Under the pieces are notes generated by a model. That model made no database searches, had not been told where the DNA came from, and saw only the letters and a list, made by a program, of their open reading frames with translations. A stretch of 64,000 nucleotides of DNA, taken from positions 10,996,567-11,060,566 of the forward strand of contig CM120644.1 in NCBI GenBank assembly GCA_051362555.1. The letters run 5' to 3'. The position numbers were made by a program, and so were the translations under genes. Source of the stretch: Lingula anatina (taxonomy: Eukaryota > Animalia > Brachiopoda). Below, one piece after another: positions 1 to 12,080 of this stretch (positions within the stretch are counted from its first letter, which is position 1; each line of letters opens with the position of its first letter).

Positions 1-243
1 TTTATATTACAAAATGGCTAATTAAAAAGTTTATTTTTGGATCACCTTTCCTATAGTTTTTCCTTGGTCATTTTCACCTTTGCCATTAATTTAAAACCAT
101 GTATTTAAAATTGTTTGAAAAATCAATTATCAATTCACTCCATCCGTTTTGTCACTCGATCAAGCGCTCATGCTATTGTTTCAAAACGGTATATCTGATT
201 CATATTATGCTCGTCAGTAGCTTCCTTCCGAACTGTCATTTTG

Positions 244-244
<1 letters not shown>

Positions 245-298
<54 letters not shown>
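245..298. repeat. (ATT)n microsatellite
   Basis: About 18 perfect ATT units; source of the poly-L and poly-I ORFs 99..314 and 214..411. Confidence 0.95.
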
Positions 299-889
299 GG
301 TGGACCCAAAATAAGAGTTATCTTATCAAGGGAGAAAGGCAATCGCCCTGCTGTTAAGTCATCCCCTAAAGGATGAACCAACATTTTTCTTGGCGTACAG
401 AATCGCGTCAATCACTGAGTAACAGTAATCTAAAAGACACAGGGTGTAGACGAATGAGCAGGACGACATATTTTCTTACAGGTGGAAATATTGCCCACTG
501 CATACTAGCATACTGAGACAGCATTCTCAACCACACATACTTATATAACCACACTGTGTAATAATTGTGTTTTTACATTGATCCAGTGATAGGCATGGCA
601 GACCACTGGGACATGCAATACGACGTAGCCTTCATTTGATTCATTTCATACTTAAAATATGAATTATAAACAAAATGTTTAACACATTAAAAATACATAA
701 TGACAAAAGAAAATGAAAACACCTGTCTGCAAGAAAGGTCAATGCCCATTCTACTAGTATTACTAAAATCTATCTAACTCTCATCCTGTACTGGAAAGTC
801 GCTACATGTAGGCCTACGTTTGCTCCTCTATTACCGCTGCAGCTATAAAGTACATGTATGGCCAGCGGCTATTTAAAACGGTCACTGAC

Positions 890-1117
890 CTGTATGTCCA
901 TAAATTCATCTGTCCATGCCACTTTGCTCCAGGCGTCTTCGTCCACCTTGCCGTCCACGTTAATGATCTCCCCAGCGTTCAAGTGGTACGCCGTGTAGTG
1001 TTTGGGATATGGGAAATTACAATCAGAAGACGCCGAAACTGACGACAGCGTCCCAAGGTAACCCAATGTGGTTATAAATGGACTGATAAAAAATATCAAG
1101 TTCCAGCAACACACCAT
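890..1117 (-). CDS. First coding exon of a secreted carbohydrate-binding family 9-like (DOMON-like) protein; remaining exons probably lie left of the window
   Basis: ATG at 1117, hydrophobic signal-like N-terminus, then YTAYHLNAGEIINVDGKVDEDAWSKVAWTDEFMDIQ, matching the I-x-IDG-x-LDE-x-x-W...WT-x-x-F-x-DI start of CBM9-like domains; phase-0 donor CAG|GTCAGT at 889. Confidence 0.75.
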
Positions 1118-3408
1118 ATTCGTCTAGATTCACAATATGACTTGGTTTGTATTATAACTGTAGCCTACTGCTTCTCCAGGTAGAGCAGCTTTTGCCAGGA
1201 AAGTCTTATTCCGTAGTGCAGAAGACCCGTTATTGTCGTTGGTTATTCTAAATGTGACTTGAACGTGAAAACTCTAACTGGCTGTTGATAAGCACCAACT
1301 GCCGTTGATAAATATAAACTTGGCGATACTGACTGCAAATGTGACCAAACTAGAACAAGTTGAACATTAAGTTCACGTGTAGGTTGAAATGGGTCATACA
1401 AGTTTACATATTAACTACAGCGAGCTGGGATGTTAACAGAGCTGTTTTTATGACGCTGGCTTGATGTTTTGTCTAAACGTAGCTCGCCGTGATTATTGTA
1501 CTGCTTTTGTTCAATTTACTAAGAACTCTACAAGAATGCCCCACAACAGAGAAAAGTATCAAAATCCCAATTTGCCAACGTGACTGTACTGCGTAGATTT
1601 ATTATCAAACGTCTTAGAAGAACACCAATTAACAGCGGTAGTCTGTCCTAAATGTTAGGTAAAATACACATAAATTGCGTAGACTTGGCTTGGAAAGCCT
1701 ACTGATTCACGCCAACGTGTTTTATAAATTACAAAACTCGCGGATTCGTAGGCCCAAGATTTATCATGCCATGGTCGGATGTCAAAAGGATTGGAAGCGT
1801 GCTGTTGTTGAGCCGTTATAAATAAACCAATATCTGTACATTGCATATCTTGAATTCATATAGTTCCTCCGATTATCATACTGTGCATTAGGTGCGTAGA
1901 TGTACTAAGCTGATAGCGCATTATTTCAGGTGACTTGATAATAGGTGTGATTACTGTTGTGATAGGTGAGAAGTGATTGTGGTGGGATCGTTGCTACAGA
2001 GTGGCGTATTGGCCATTGACCAACAGGCAGTCAGATATGTTCAATTGGACTCGGGTCTGGAGAACAGAGCTTTTTTTTACGTATGGATAGAACTTTTACT
2101 AAAGCCTGGGTTTCCATCGGCACTGTACGATGATTAATTAATTAATTCATTCATTTATTTTTGACGTCGCAACGACGAGTTTGTTTACGTAATGTGCAGG
2201 TGCTTTGTCATTTTTTGACATGACCTTGAGGGCAGCTCGAGAAAAAACGGTTTGCCGGTTGAAAAGCGATCATGCAGATCGGCCCTTTCAGTCTTAGCGC
2301 AGTTGCTGTATTCCTCCTGCCATCTTGATAGTCTGAGATGGTAGGTTTTGTAGCTCAAAACCTTTTTTTTGCGACAAAATATGAAAAGATCAGAACGTAT
2401 TTTTTTCAGAAAAGTTTATCAATTATGTCTTTCTTGGGTTTTGTCCTTTACCATGGTAAAGTGAAATTACGACATCACTTTTTTTGCTCGCGGAACAGTA
2501 TCTTTTATACTTTAGATTTATATTATACACAAAAAGACCAAAAATCTTTTATAAAACATGACATGTATTTATTTTCTATAACGAAGTTGAAAACTAAACA
2601 GTTTACTCACAATAAATACATAAAAATCAATAAGTTAATATATAAGATATATAAGAAATAAATTAACGCGAAATAAATAACTTTAATGACATACGATATC
2701 TGCTACGGAACACTGACACATTTGAATAACGTATAAACTGACTGTTCGGCTTTTCTTGTCACGTGGCTGTGGCGAACTGTGCCCAGTAAAGTGCTTGTTG
2801 AATTTGCCATAATCATAATCATATGAAAATTTTTTTAAATGATTGTCTTCTAACATTAATTCTGAGAAAAAAATATGTTATCCAATGGGCTTCCTACATA
2901 AAAAATTGGTCTATTTCTATGGTAAACATAGATTTTGTTCTGCAAATATAACCAGCACTGACTTTATTTCTTATCGTCCCATATCTCCAATGTAATTATT
3001 TGTATTAATTAACTGGAAAACTTCACTCTACCAAGAATTTGATGAGACAGTACCTCCTTACGGTGCTCCACAGCACCAGTGAATATTGTTATCAAGTTAA
3101 ATACACATTAGGTGTATTTCATATTTGAAACAAGTGCCCTAGAGAGATCACACTTTTTTAAATAATCAGTCCGTCATACAAATGTAAATTTGTTAAAATA
3201 TATATTATCTTATAATGGCATAGCGTTGTGCTTTGTAAAAATATGTTTTCACTGGGATTTAAATATTTGATTTCATTGCTCGTACCCCGCATAAGAGTTC
3301 ACGACCGGTATCAACAGCTTAATATGTTGATTATTTCTTCATTTTTATGATAATTAGTAAATGATAAAAAAAATACCATTAGAAATTGCAGCATTTTCTT
3401 TATCTTAA

Positions 3409-3764
3409 AGGGATAACAGCTCTTCATATTAGATTCAAAATTCATCCATAAATATGAATTGTAAAATAGCACAAAGAAATATAATTAATTCCATTTTACC
3501 ACTAAAACAGCAGTTATCGCAATTATTCTGAAATCTGTGCTTGCCATCAGACCACGTTGACCTTCAGAGATGGCTTCCCTCCGTAATAATCTCTAAACAG
3601 ATTATTACAAAAAAAAAAAATTAAAAAAAAAAAAAAAACAATCGACTAACTTTGAACGTCGGAACGGATTAATTAACCATTGGTAATTGTGAGAACATCG
3701 TCGTTTACTCCTAGAAAATTCATTTTATGGCACGTTTTATGACATATGAAGAGGTGTTATCCCT
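3409..3764. mobile_element. Non-autonomous TTAA-targeting DNA transposon (Kolobok-like MITE), copy 1
   Basis: 21-bp TIR AGGGATAACAGCTCTTCATAT / ATATGAAGAGGTGTTATCCCT (1 mismatch); TTAA at left flank and TTAA/TAAA at right; internal similarity to the copies at 28633 and 62689. Confidence 0.7.
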
Positions 3765-3835
3765 TAAAGAGTGACATTTGCCCCTAAAACGTACATTTAA
3801 TTTAAAGTGATCGTGTAAACCATATAATGTTCCTT

Positions 3836-4954
3836 CTAAAATGATTCCTCAAACAGGGTAGTGGTTGTCTGCAAGAGGTGAAGGTCACTTTCATTCATAG
3901 AATCCGAATCAAAATCTTCTAAATCTTCTAAAAGTACGTCTGCTCCGGAGTCGTTTAGGGGAGAATGTCCGATTGGCTGCATATGAAATCCCATTTGGAA
4001 GTTACCATGGTAACCAGCATGAGTCGTGGTTCCTATTGGTAAGGTAGCCTCTTGGTTGGTTCCGTAAACTGGGCTCCCATTGGTCGGAACTGGCTGTTGC
4101 TGTTGTTGTTGTTGCTGCTGCTGTTGCTGGGGGTGATGTCTTGGAAACGCGTATTGTCCATAAGATGGCATGGCATTATTAGGGGAATTGGAATGTGGAT
4201 TCTGTTGGAAAGATCCATACTTGGAAGGATTATATTGGTCATAAGGAATGCTTTGAATATCGGAATTATTCCGTTGCGCATGCGTAGGGAATGTCGTGGG
4301 GAATGTAACAGGAGAAATAGCACCGTGGTAGTCAAAGGCAGTCGGCAGAGTGCCCCCGTTCAACGAAGGTAGGGCGTGCACGTGCTCAGTCATTAAGGCT
4401 CGTGGAGAAAGTCTCAGTGTCCCGGCTACTAGATTCATTGTATTTTGAGACAGTCCCTTCGATAAGGCCTTTGCAAATGCGATGTCATCCGGTCGTCTGC
4501 CAGTTTTTAGGATTTCCGATAAGGCACAAATGTAGTTGCTAGCTAGGCGCAAAGTTTCTATTTTAGAAAGTTTTTGGGTCTTGGAGTAGCACGGAACATG
4601 ACAACGCAGGTCATCCAAGGCTGAATTTAAACCATGCATTCGATTACGCTCCCTCGCGTTAGCTTTAACTCGTCGCACGCGCAACTTGGCAACCCTCGCT
4701 TTGGTCATTTTCTTTTTCTTCGGACCTCTCTTTTTCGGTTGCTTTTTGCCTTCCGGTTCCGTGTTTTCGTTGCACTTTTCGTTTTCGGCCATTTTTTCCT
4801 CATTGCCTATGTCCCGCTTTCCGTCCTCCTCGTCGTCTTCCATGTCGTCTGCTTCTATGATATCTTTGGCGTAAATTTCCAGCGTGTCGTCTGCGCCAAG
4901 ACCAGAATCGTCTGCGGAAGTACCACACGGTCTGGTTTTGGTTTTGATGGGCAT
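3836..4954 (-). CDS. neuroD: Neurogenic differentiation factor (NeuroD-family bHLH transcription factor), 372 aa, single coding exon
   Basis: [14 protein letters not shown] basic region, b[52 protein letters not shown], NeuroD domain [15 protein letters not shown]; acceptor tttttacttttag|G at 4977/4976; first ATG at 4954; Q12 tract at about 4094-4129. Confidence 0.95.
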   Translation of the reverse strand: MPIKTKTRPCGTSADDSGLGADDTLEIYAKDIIEADDMEDDEEDGKRDIGNEEKMAENEKCNENTEPEGKKQPKKRGPKKKKMTKARVAKLRVRRVKANARERNRMHGLNSALDDLRCHVPCYSKTQKLSKIETLRLASNYICALSEILKTGRRPDDIAFAKALSKGLSQNTMNLVAGTLRLSPRALMTEHVHALPSLNGGTLPTAFDYHGAISPVTFPTTFPTHAQRNNSDIQSIPYDQYNPSKYGSFQQNPHSNSPNNAMPSYGQYAFPRHHPQQQQQQQQQQQQPVPTNGSPVYGTNQEATLPIGTTTHAGYHGNFQMGFHMQPIGHSPLNDSGADVLLEDLEDFDSDSMNESDLHLLQTTTTLFEESF

Positions 4955-7900
4955 TTTCCGCTGAAATGTCTTCTTCCTAAAAGTAAAAATATATAGACAA
5001 TGTAAAAGGGTTGTTTTTAGAATCGTCAATTTGATATATGATACGTAAGGTCTTTACAAATGTATTTCATTGATTACTTTTGGGTTTCTACTGAAGCAGT
5101 CAAAGGATAGTCTGAGATATACATACTGGGGCACTTGCGTAGAGATTAACAGCCTACGTTTTATGTCATTTAAAACTCCAAAAACATATTTCATTGACTA
5201 ATAAGAAAAGGCTGGCGCATTTTAAACGGTGTTTTTATATAGGTTTTAATTGTTTGAAGCGAATGCACGCCGTGATCGTTTCTGCCATTCTCCATGCGTC
5301 ATGTTATGACAGCTACATTCTAAAGCACAACAAATGTCAAATTGACGTTGGTGGCTTGTTTGTTTCTTTTGCTCGGTCACAGCAACTGTCAGTATCAACC
5401 AATCGACACATGACCCACCACCTACGGCAATATTCAATCAGAATCATGGGCCCATTGTTGTTTACGCACTCGAATCAACCCGATAGATAGACCCTTAACT
5501 CATCCAACTGACATCCATTGTGTGACACGGCTAATTTATGGATCCTGGACTGATTAACTTTGATCTAACTGAATTACACCCTCTGATCACTCGAACCACT
5601 TCTGTCCTAGACAAACATGATAGCAACCGGGTAATGGTCGGACGTATCGCTGCCATTCATTCTCCGCATTAACCAAGATATAGCCGCGATAGTAATTCGA
5701 TTATGTTAACGACGCGTCGAGACAATGTGCTTGCACGTGGCTCCTCTTGGGGAACTCTTCAATAGATACGTTAATGAGGTAGAATTTCACCTTCTCATTT
5801 AAGGTGATTCAATCCCCTTGTCCGTGCAATAGAGGAGAAAATAGTTCTATTATAAAACGTAATTAGATTTATGAATTAAGGAAACAACTTAGTCATTATC
5901 GTTATAGCTGAGTAATGGAAGAGCATAATGACGAAACACCACGTACAGAGACACATAGCATTTGCGGTCTATTTTATGGAAATCCCAATTTAATTGAAAG
6001 AAGGATTAGACCTCGTAATTTAAGGTTATATTTATGCAATAAACGCTGACATGCTGCCGTACGATGTTTAAGTAGGGTTTAAGAAAGCGAATCAACTTAA
6101 CGGCAAGTGCAAGATGTTGATAATGTAGTCACGCTTCAATCCTGCAATAAAATTCTTGACAACATACAGAGTACATCAATAGCTGGTACAACTGCATGTA
6201 ATCGAACAAATTAAAGGGATATAACCAATGTCAGCATTAATGCAGATGTTAAAGATGGTCAATTTGTTGATTTATTTGTTAACAACAGTGTTCTCTGGGT
6301 CAACTCTCGGGAGGGGGGGGGGGCGTATGAAAGGCCTTGATGTGGGCGAATTGAGCGGCTCTTTCTCTATAGTCACCCACCACCACTACCACTCCCGATT
6401 GTTGTCAAGTGCAAAACACAAGACTAAATTAGTCCCGATTCCATTTATGCATTAAATGTTCCCACCGGAGGCAAATCGGGGTAAATAATAAAGGGATGGA
6501 ATATTATGTTTGGGAATAAAATAGCTATAATAAGGTGGTGTGAAATATAATTAAATGAGATAAAATGGAATAAGACAGATATGAACTGATTTGAAATAAA
6601 AATCTGTACGCATTCCTGCAAGCTCCAAACCGAACTGTCTATGTAGTCGTTTAAGTATCACAAAGTAAACTTTCCAATGGCGCGATATGAAGCCAAACAA
6701 TGCAATATGTCCGTTGCTAACATTCACCTTTGTTGTTTTCGCAGTTCGTGAACTTTTCGACGGAAACGTCTTTTATTTGACTTGACAAATTACCAATAAT
6801 TGCCTTCACCTACTTCGTATTTCTCTCGCGTGATTACAAATCAACAATAATAATAACTGTAATCACTAAATTGTACTTTTGTAGCTGTTTGGAAAATTGG
6901 GGCTAATGTTGATAATCATATTTCAGCAAGGTATGATTTTAATCTGTTCGTTTTGACAGGTAGCGGTTGACATTTTTTCCTGCACGACATAGAGCGTCAC
7001 GCAAACATGGTGTGTTTTCTCGTCTCATTTTGACCTTCAACTTTATCTTGCCGTGACACAAGATGAGATCTAGCTACATCGGGCCTAGCTTTGAATGACA
7101 CTTATTTTTGTGTGTATATGGGCTTTTTGTTAACTTTTAGTGTCACTTAATTTAATCATCCTCAGTATGATTATTATTATTTATTCAAAATCACCACCGA
7201 AGGGTTGGAATTTTATTTCATAACTTGAATACAATAAGATATTGAAAGGTATATCGGGAACAATCTAAATTCCTAACATCTCTTAAAATCTGCGCGCACC
7301 TACAAGTTTGCCAATTATTTATCGTTTTGGTATCATATTATTAGGAATTTTTATATCCCTGAAGAGTCGTTCACATCAGATTAACATTTTACCCTGAAAT
7401 AATCGAAATGATTCACCAGTCAAGCTGTATTCAAATAGTAAGATAAATTCCTTTTTTAATCTTATGTTATGAATTTGAAAATAACTGCTTAGTTTACACT
7501 GAGATATTGGTTTGTATTAGTATGGACATATAGAGTGCTTGCGCCATTCATTTTATACCAATTTAAGAACTATGGACCAGAATACTCTTGCTTTTTAGAC
7601 ACACATAAAGCCACATCGTGACCGAAATCTAGTATAATGTATTAACCACTTTTTAGTAATTTGATGCAGACGCTAGTGTCAAACACTGTATACAAAGTCT
7701 TCATATTAAAGAAGAGACATGCCGATATCAAAATCCTAAATATTTTCTGATGCAGACTAATAATCTTGAAGAAGACGCACGAGCATGCGCACGTGCGCAC
7801 ACGCAAACACACACGCCAAACTGTGGGAACAAGCGTAATCCTGTCCTTACTTGACAAGAAGTTGGGTTTTTCTTTTTACTTGTTTAGCATCATTATCATT

Positions 7901-10900
7901 ATCTTTATCATCATTGAAATCTTTACTTATTAAGACGCATTTCATGCCACGGGCTGTCTTATTATGTTTTTGTTTATCTTATTTTCATGCGAAGAAGGGA
8001 AAAATACAAAAAATTGTATTTATAAGAAATTTAACCTTGTACCTGCATTCATAAATCTCACGAATAATACCACACTCTTGAAAACTAATCTGAATTATCA
8101 CAAAATCTAATAAAATCATTTATCATATGCTTCTTTTGAGCACTGTTTGGTGGATCCTAGCTTCTACAAAAACACACGAAAAAAAAAAAAGAAAAAATAA
8201 GTTAGCTGCACACACGAGTCATCGCTTTCAAAGTCTTTTGTCGGCAGAGAATAATTTGCTTACATCAGCACTATCGCCTTGTTTCATCTTCGCATAAGCG
8301 CAGAATGATGCGGTCCCCGGGGCTGTTCCGCATTCCCCTGGGGCCGGCGGATCACTGACTGTGACACTAAAGGTTTTGATTGGCTGTGTATGGTGCCTGA
8401 CCTTTTGACCCCCAGGGATCTACAAAGGCTTAATAGTTATCATGGGTTTCTTCCTCAGGTGTATGATATTATCTTTTTTCCAGTAATTACATTATAGATA
8501 ATATTGACAAGATAGCAACGGATTAGAAAAAAGACGATAAAAAAACAAAATGATATGTCTCATAAGGCGGTATCGAGTTAGCGAGACAAACGAAAAGCGG
8601 CCGTCACACTAATTAACCTGTCCCTTGTAAAATGCATCTCAATTCACCAAATCTCTTATAAGTAAGGATTCAGAATTCAGATAAGTAACCTCTTACTCTG
8701 ATAATTATCATTTGACATATCTAATTAACTTTTTACCTTTTTTACGTACTGGTACACAAACTGCTGTGTGTGCTGTTTACTATCAGATCTGTATATTTTC
8801 ACAAGATTCAGCCGGTGCAAACCTTAAAAAATAAAATAAAATCCTCACTTATGATCGGTCTATGTCAATCTGTCCTGTCACCAAGAAAATCCAAATTGAC
8901 CGCGCATAAAATGTAAACCTTGCGTTGTTCTCTGTAACACGTGCACTTCTTGGAATAAAAATAATTCACGTTTACCTAAGTACACGAGAGTACGTCTTTG
9001 TAGAGATTGTGCAATAAATAAATAAATAGATAAATAAAAAAAAATTAAGAAGCGGCCACCTGGCAGAAACATTAAATCTAACAAATGTTCTTTTGTTTTT
9101 CCGGCACGCCTCCAGATAGCAGACTGTATAAGTGTTTAATAATGAGGCCCCAAGGGGGCATATCTAAAGTGAGGGACAGTTGGAAACACCCAAGGGATCC
9201 CCTATCGCTAAAAGGGCAGAGATACAGAGTTGTGAGCGGTTTGCCTAGCGACACAAGATGGATTACCCCTACAAATCTGTCCTTTTGTGATGCTAATAAG
9301 ATCATGGCAAAATGGGTTTTTTATACCGATATATTCTGCCCTGAGTCGTTACTTTTTATCAGATAAGGTGGGATTTTTTCATCATCTCGATGACTAACTT
9401 CATTTTGCTTTTCACAAGTTTCTTGATCCTTATTACTCACTACATGTCAAGGCACAGGCCTGTGTATTAACATGTTTTATCTAATTAAGCTAATTATGTA
9501 ACTGCACAGAATAATCTCTATTTGCCCTGTAAAAATTCTGAATTTCTTTGTTACGCAGTATATTAGTGAAAACGCAATTAATTGTGTTAGTTAAATTTCA
9601 TAATTGCAAAGGGCATTGTTTATTAGTTGTTTATATGTATATTGGATCGACGACCACTGCCTTAATAATGTAAAAACACTCCTTATAAATTTGTTTTTTA
9701 ATTAATAGACTTGTTGAGTTGCTACTTTTTAAAAAATAGTTCATGATGCCATTCTCTTCACGTATCACTGCATTGTGATCACAAGTAAATAAAGTATAGC
9801 CCCTATACTTGTAAGGCATATAGATATATACTTCACATTCATATTTAATAAATATCATAATAAATTTTATGCAATTTATTTCCATTTTTTCTTTTGTTTT
9901 CTGTTACCTACCAAAACATTATCCAATTAACTATAATTACCTGTAATTATCAGTCATGACAGATTTGTCGTTCAATTTCTCTCCCGCTCACCATAATGCT
10001 GACATAATTTCCCTGACAGTTATAGATCTGTACTCAGACCTTTGTATTGCAAATGTAAAGTTAAACCTCTCATGATTCACATTTCTTTCTGGGTCAAAAA
10101 TAACCATTTGGCAATTCTAAAAACAAACAAACAACAACAACAAAAAGAATGGTTATATTGTATATTAACGGACACGGCGTTGCATGAAATGGACAGCATC
10201 ACACACACACAAACACAAACACACGCACACAGACTGAGAGAGAGAGAGGGAGAGAGAGAGAGAGAGAAAGAGAGGCACCAAACTGCGTTTTTACTTAATG
10301 ATGACTTTTTGTAACAAGCAAAAAAATGTAAATATTTTATCCGTTTTATATTGGTCAGATACTTAGCAGTAGGCGCGCTTTATTTCAAATTTGTAGCTGT
10401 AAAAAGTTATTTGGGCTCAATTTTACCAACAAAAATAGTATTAGTAAATCTACACCTTTACTAATACGGGGCAATTATAGTTAAACAAAACTGAAATATT
10501 TCGGAAAAAATTCCACTGATTACACCTTTTAAGCATTTTACAAGTACAAATGTCTATGTGATTAAAATTTTGATTGTCACCAGAAAGAAAAAATATATAG
10601 GAAGTGCAAGTGGATCATGAGAATTTAAGGACAGTAAATAAATGTAGAATTCGCAAATAGTCCTAATAAATACAACCACTTACTTAAAAACTGCTTCAGA
10701 AATTAAGTTTGTATCATTTACATTTATGTGGCATCTATCACCAAATATTATCAAGTATTATCAAATTAAACAAATATGATTCATACCATCAGTTCTAATT
10801 AAGATGTTGCCATACCCCAATCTATACATGACTCAGACACGTGTCGGTCAAGTAGGTCTATAGTGTCCAGAGTATGGTCAGATGAGAGCTACCCTTTCTT

Positions 10901-11675
10901 CACAAAAAAAAAAAACAAAAAAAAAAAAAAACTGACCAGTTTTCTTTTAATGCCAAGATTTACATTTTCCACTTTGATATAGGCCCAATGACGTGGGGAT
11001 TAAATATCTTTTGAAATAAAGAATAAAAGTAGAAAATAGAGTAAAGCTTGAGATTTTATACTGTAAGTTGCACTTTTTTCACTTAAACGGGTGCATTTTT
11101 CCTTTCCCTCTTGTTAACTTTGAATATGAATAAATAAACGTACTGTATCAAGCACACTGGAAAAGTTTTCACCCATGATCAGCAAGCTTCCTAAATCATC
11201 TTACTCCTATTCTGTATGAACAATAATGCAGCCATTAAACCATGCAAAACACGTTGATGTGTATGTAAATAATAATTTTCTTGATAATAGTGATATATCA
11301 AATCTGAAATTCTATTACAAGCGTTGAATAATACTGCGACCCATATCACACTAAAAACAACTTGGGTCAACTCGCTAAAGACTTTTCAAAAATATAAACA
11401 ATGTTTTAAAATGCCACAATTCTTGGAAATGGAATTTCCTGGAATTTTGAAACAACTCAGCTGTGAAGATGCGGAGTGAGAGAAAGAGAACTCGTTCGGA
11501 GCACATCGGCATTTCACAAATTTAAGATAAAATCGACAACAAAAAGGTTTTGAATACACTACGCAATATCAGAAATGTGTGGAATAGCCTTTAACACAAA
11601 GTGGACACGTTGGAGAGGCCAGCATTATCAAAATGACCCACACTTTTCAGTAAGATAACGAAAAAAATCACTTAC

Positions 11676-11815
11676 GTCTGTCTTAGATGTAGTCACACTT
11701 CTGGCACGCGCACGGCACGCGTCCGACTGACGTCGCTATCCACGCGAACACATCCTACCACTGAGGCTGCAGGCGGCGGAGGCACTGGGTACTCTACGAT
11801 ATCTATACTAGAACT
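11676..11815 (-). other. neuroD: Probable non-coding first exon of NeuroD
   Basis: GC/CpG-rich 140 nt ending in consensus donor GAC|GTAAGTG (11675); Inr-like CAGTT at 11815 with TATA-like TTTATAT about 30 nt upstream; matches the non-coding exon 1 + coding exon 2 layout known for NeuroD1. Confidence 0.6.
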
Positions 11816-12080
11816 GTGCGTTCTTCAGTCCGTGCTCGTCCATATAAATTGTACTGAGATAAGACACTGCCAGATCTTAACATATGTCACGTTTTCTTCG
11901 AGCTCCCCAGTGGCTATTATCATGGAAATATTCGATTGGCAGGAGCTGCCGTAAGCCCCGCCCACCTTGAAGGGCCCCATCTGTCAGCTTTTCAGTGGTG
12001 GGACTCGGGAGAGCTTGTCTTGATCTGTCCACTCACAGGACACAGTAGCCAATCAAAAGGATTGTCAGCTCACGTGCTTA
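11811..12080 (-). promoter_or_regulatory. Putative NeuroD core/proximal promoter
   Basis: TATA-like 11842-11848; E-boxes CATATG (11881), CATCTG (about 11978) and CACGTG (12071); CCAAT boxes (about 11935 and 12049); GC box CCCCGCCC (about 11956). Confidence 0.55.

Noticed and set aside
2226-2790. Possible TIR element (GGGCAGCTCG...CGAACTGTGCCC) and the 107-aa ORF 2338..2661
   Set aside because: Inverted match too weak, no TSD; ORF is AT-rich with no recognisable motif
4033-4996. ORFs overlapping NeuroD in other frames or on the other strand
   Set aside because: Shadows of the NeuroD CDS and its CAG/CAA repeat
4955-5029. N-terminal 25 aa of the 397-aa ORF
   Set aside because: Starts at TTG and crosses the splice acceptor at 4977; it is intron and 5'UTR, and the real start is ATG 4954
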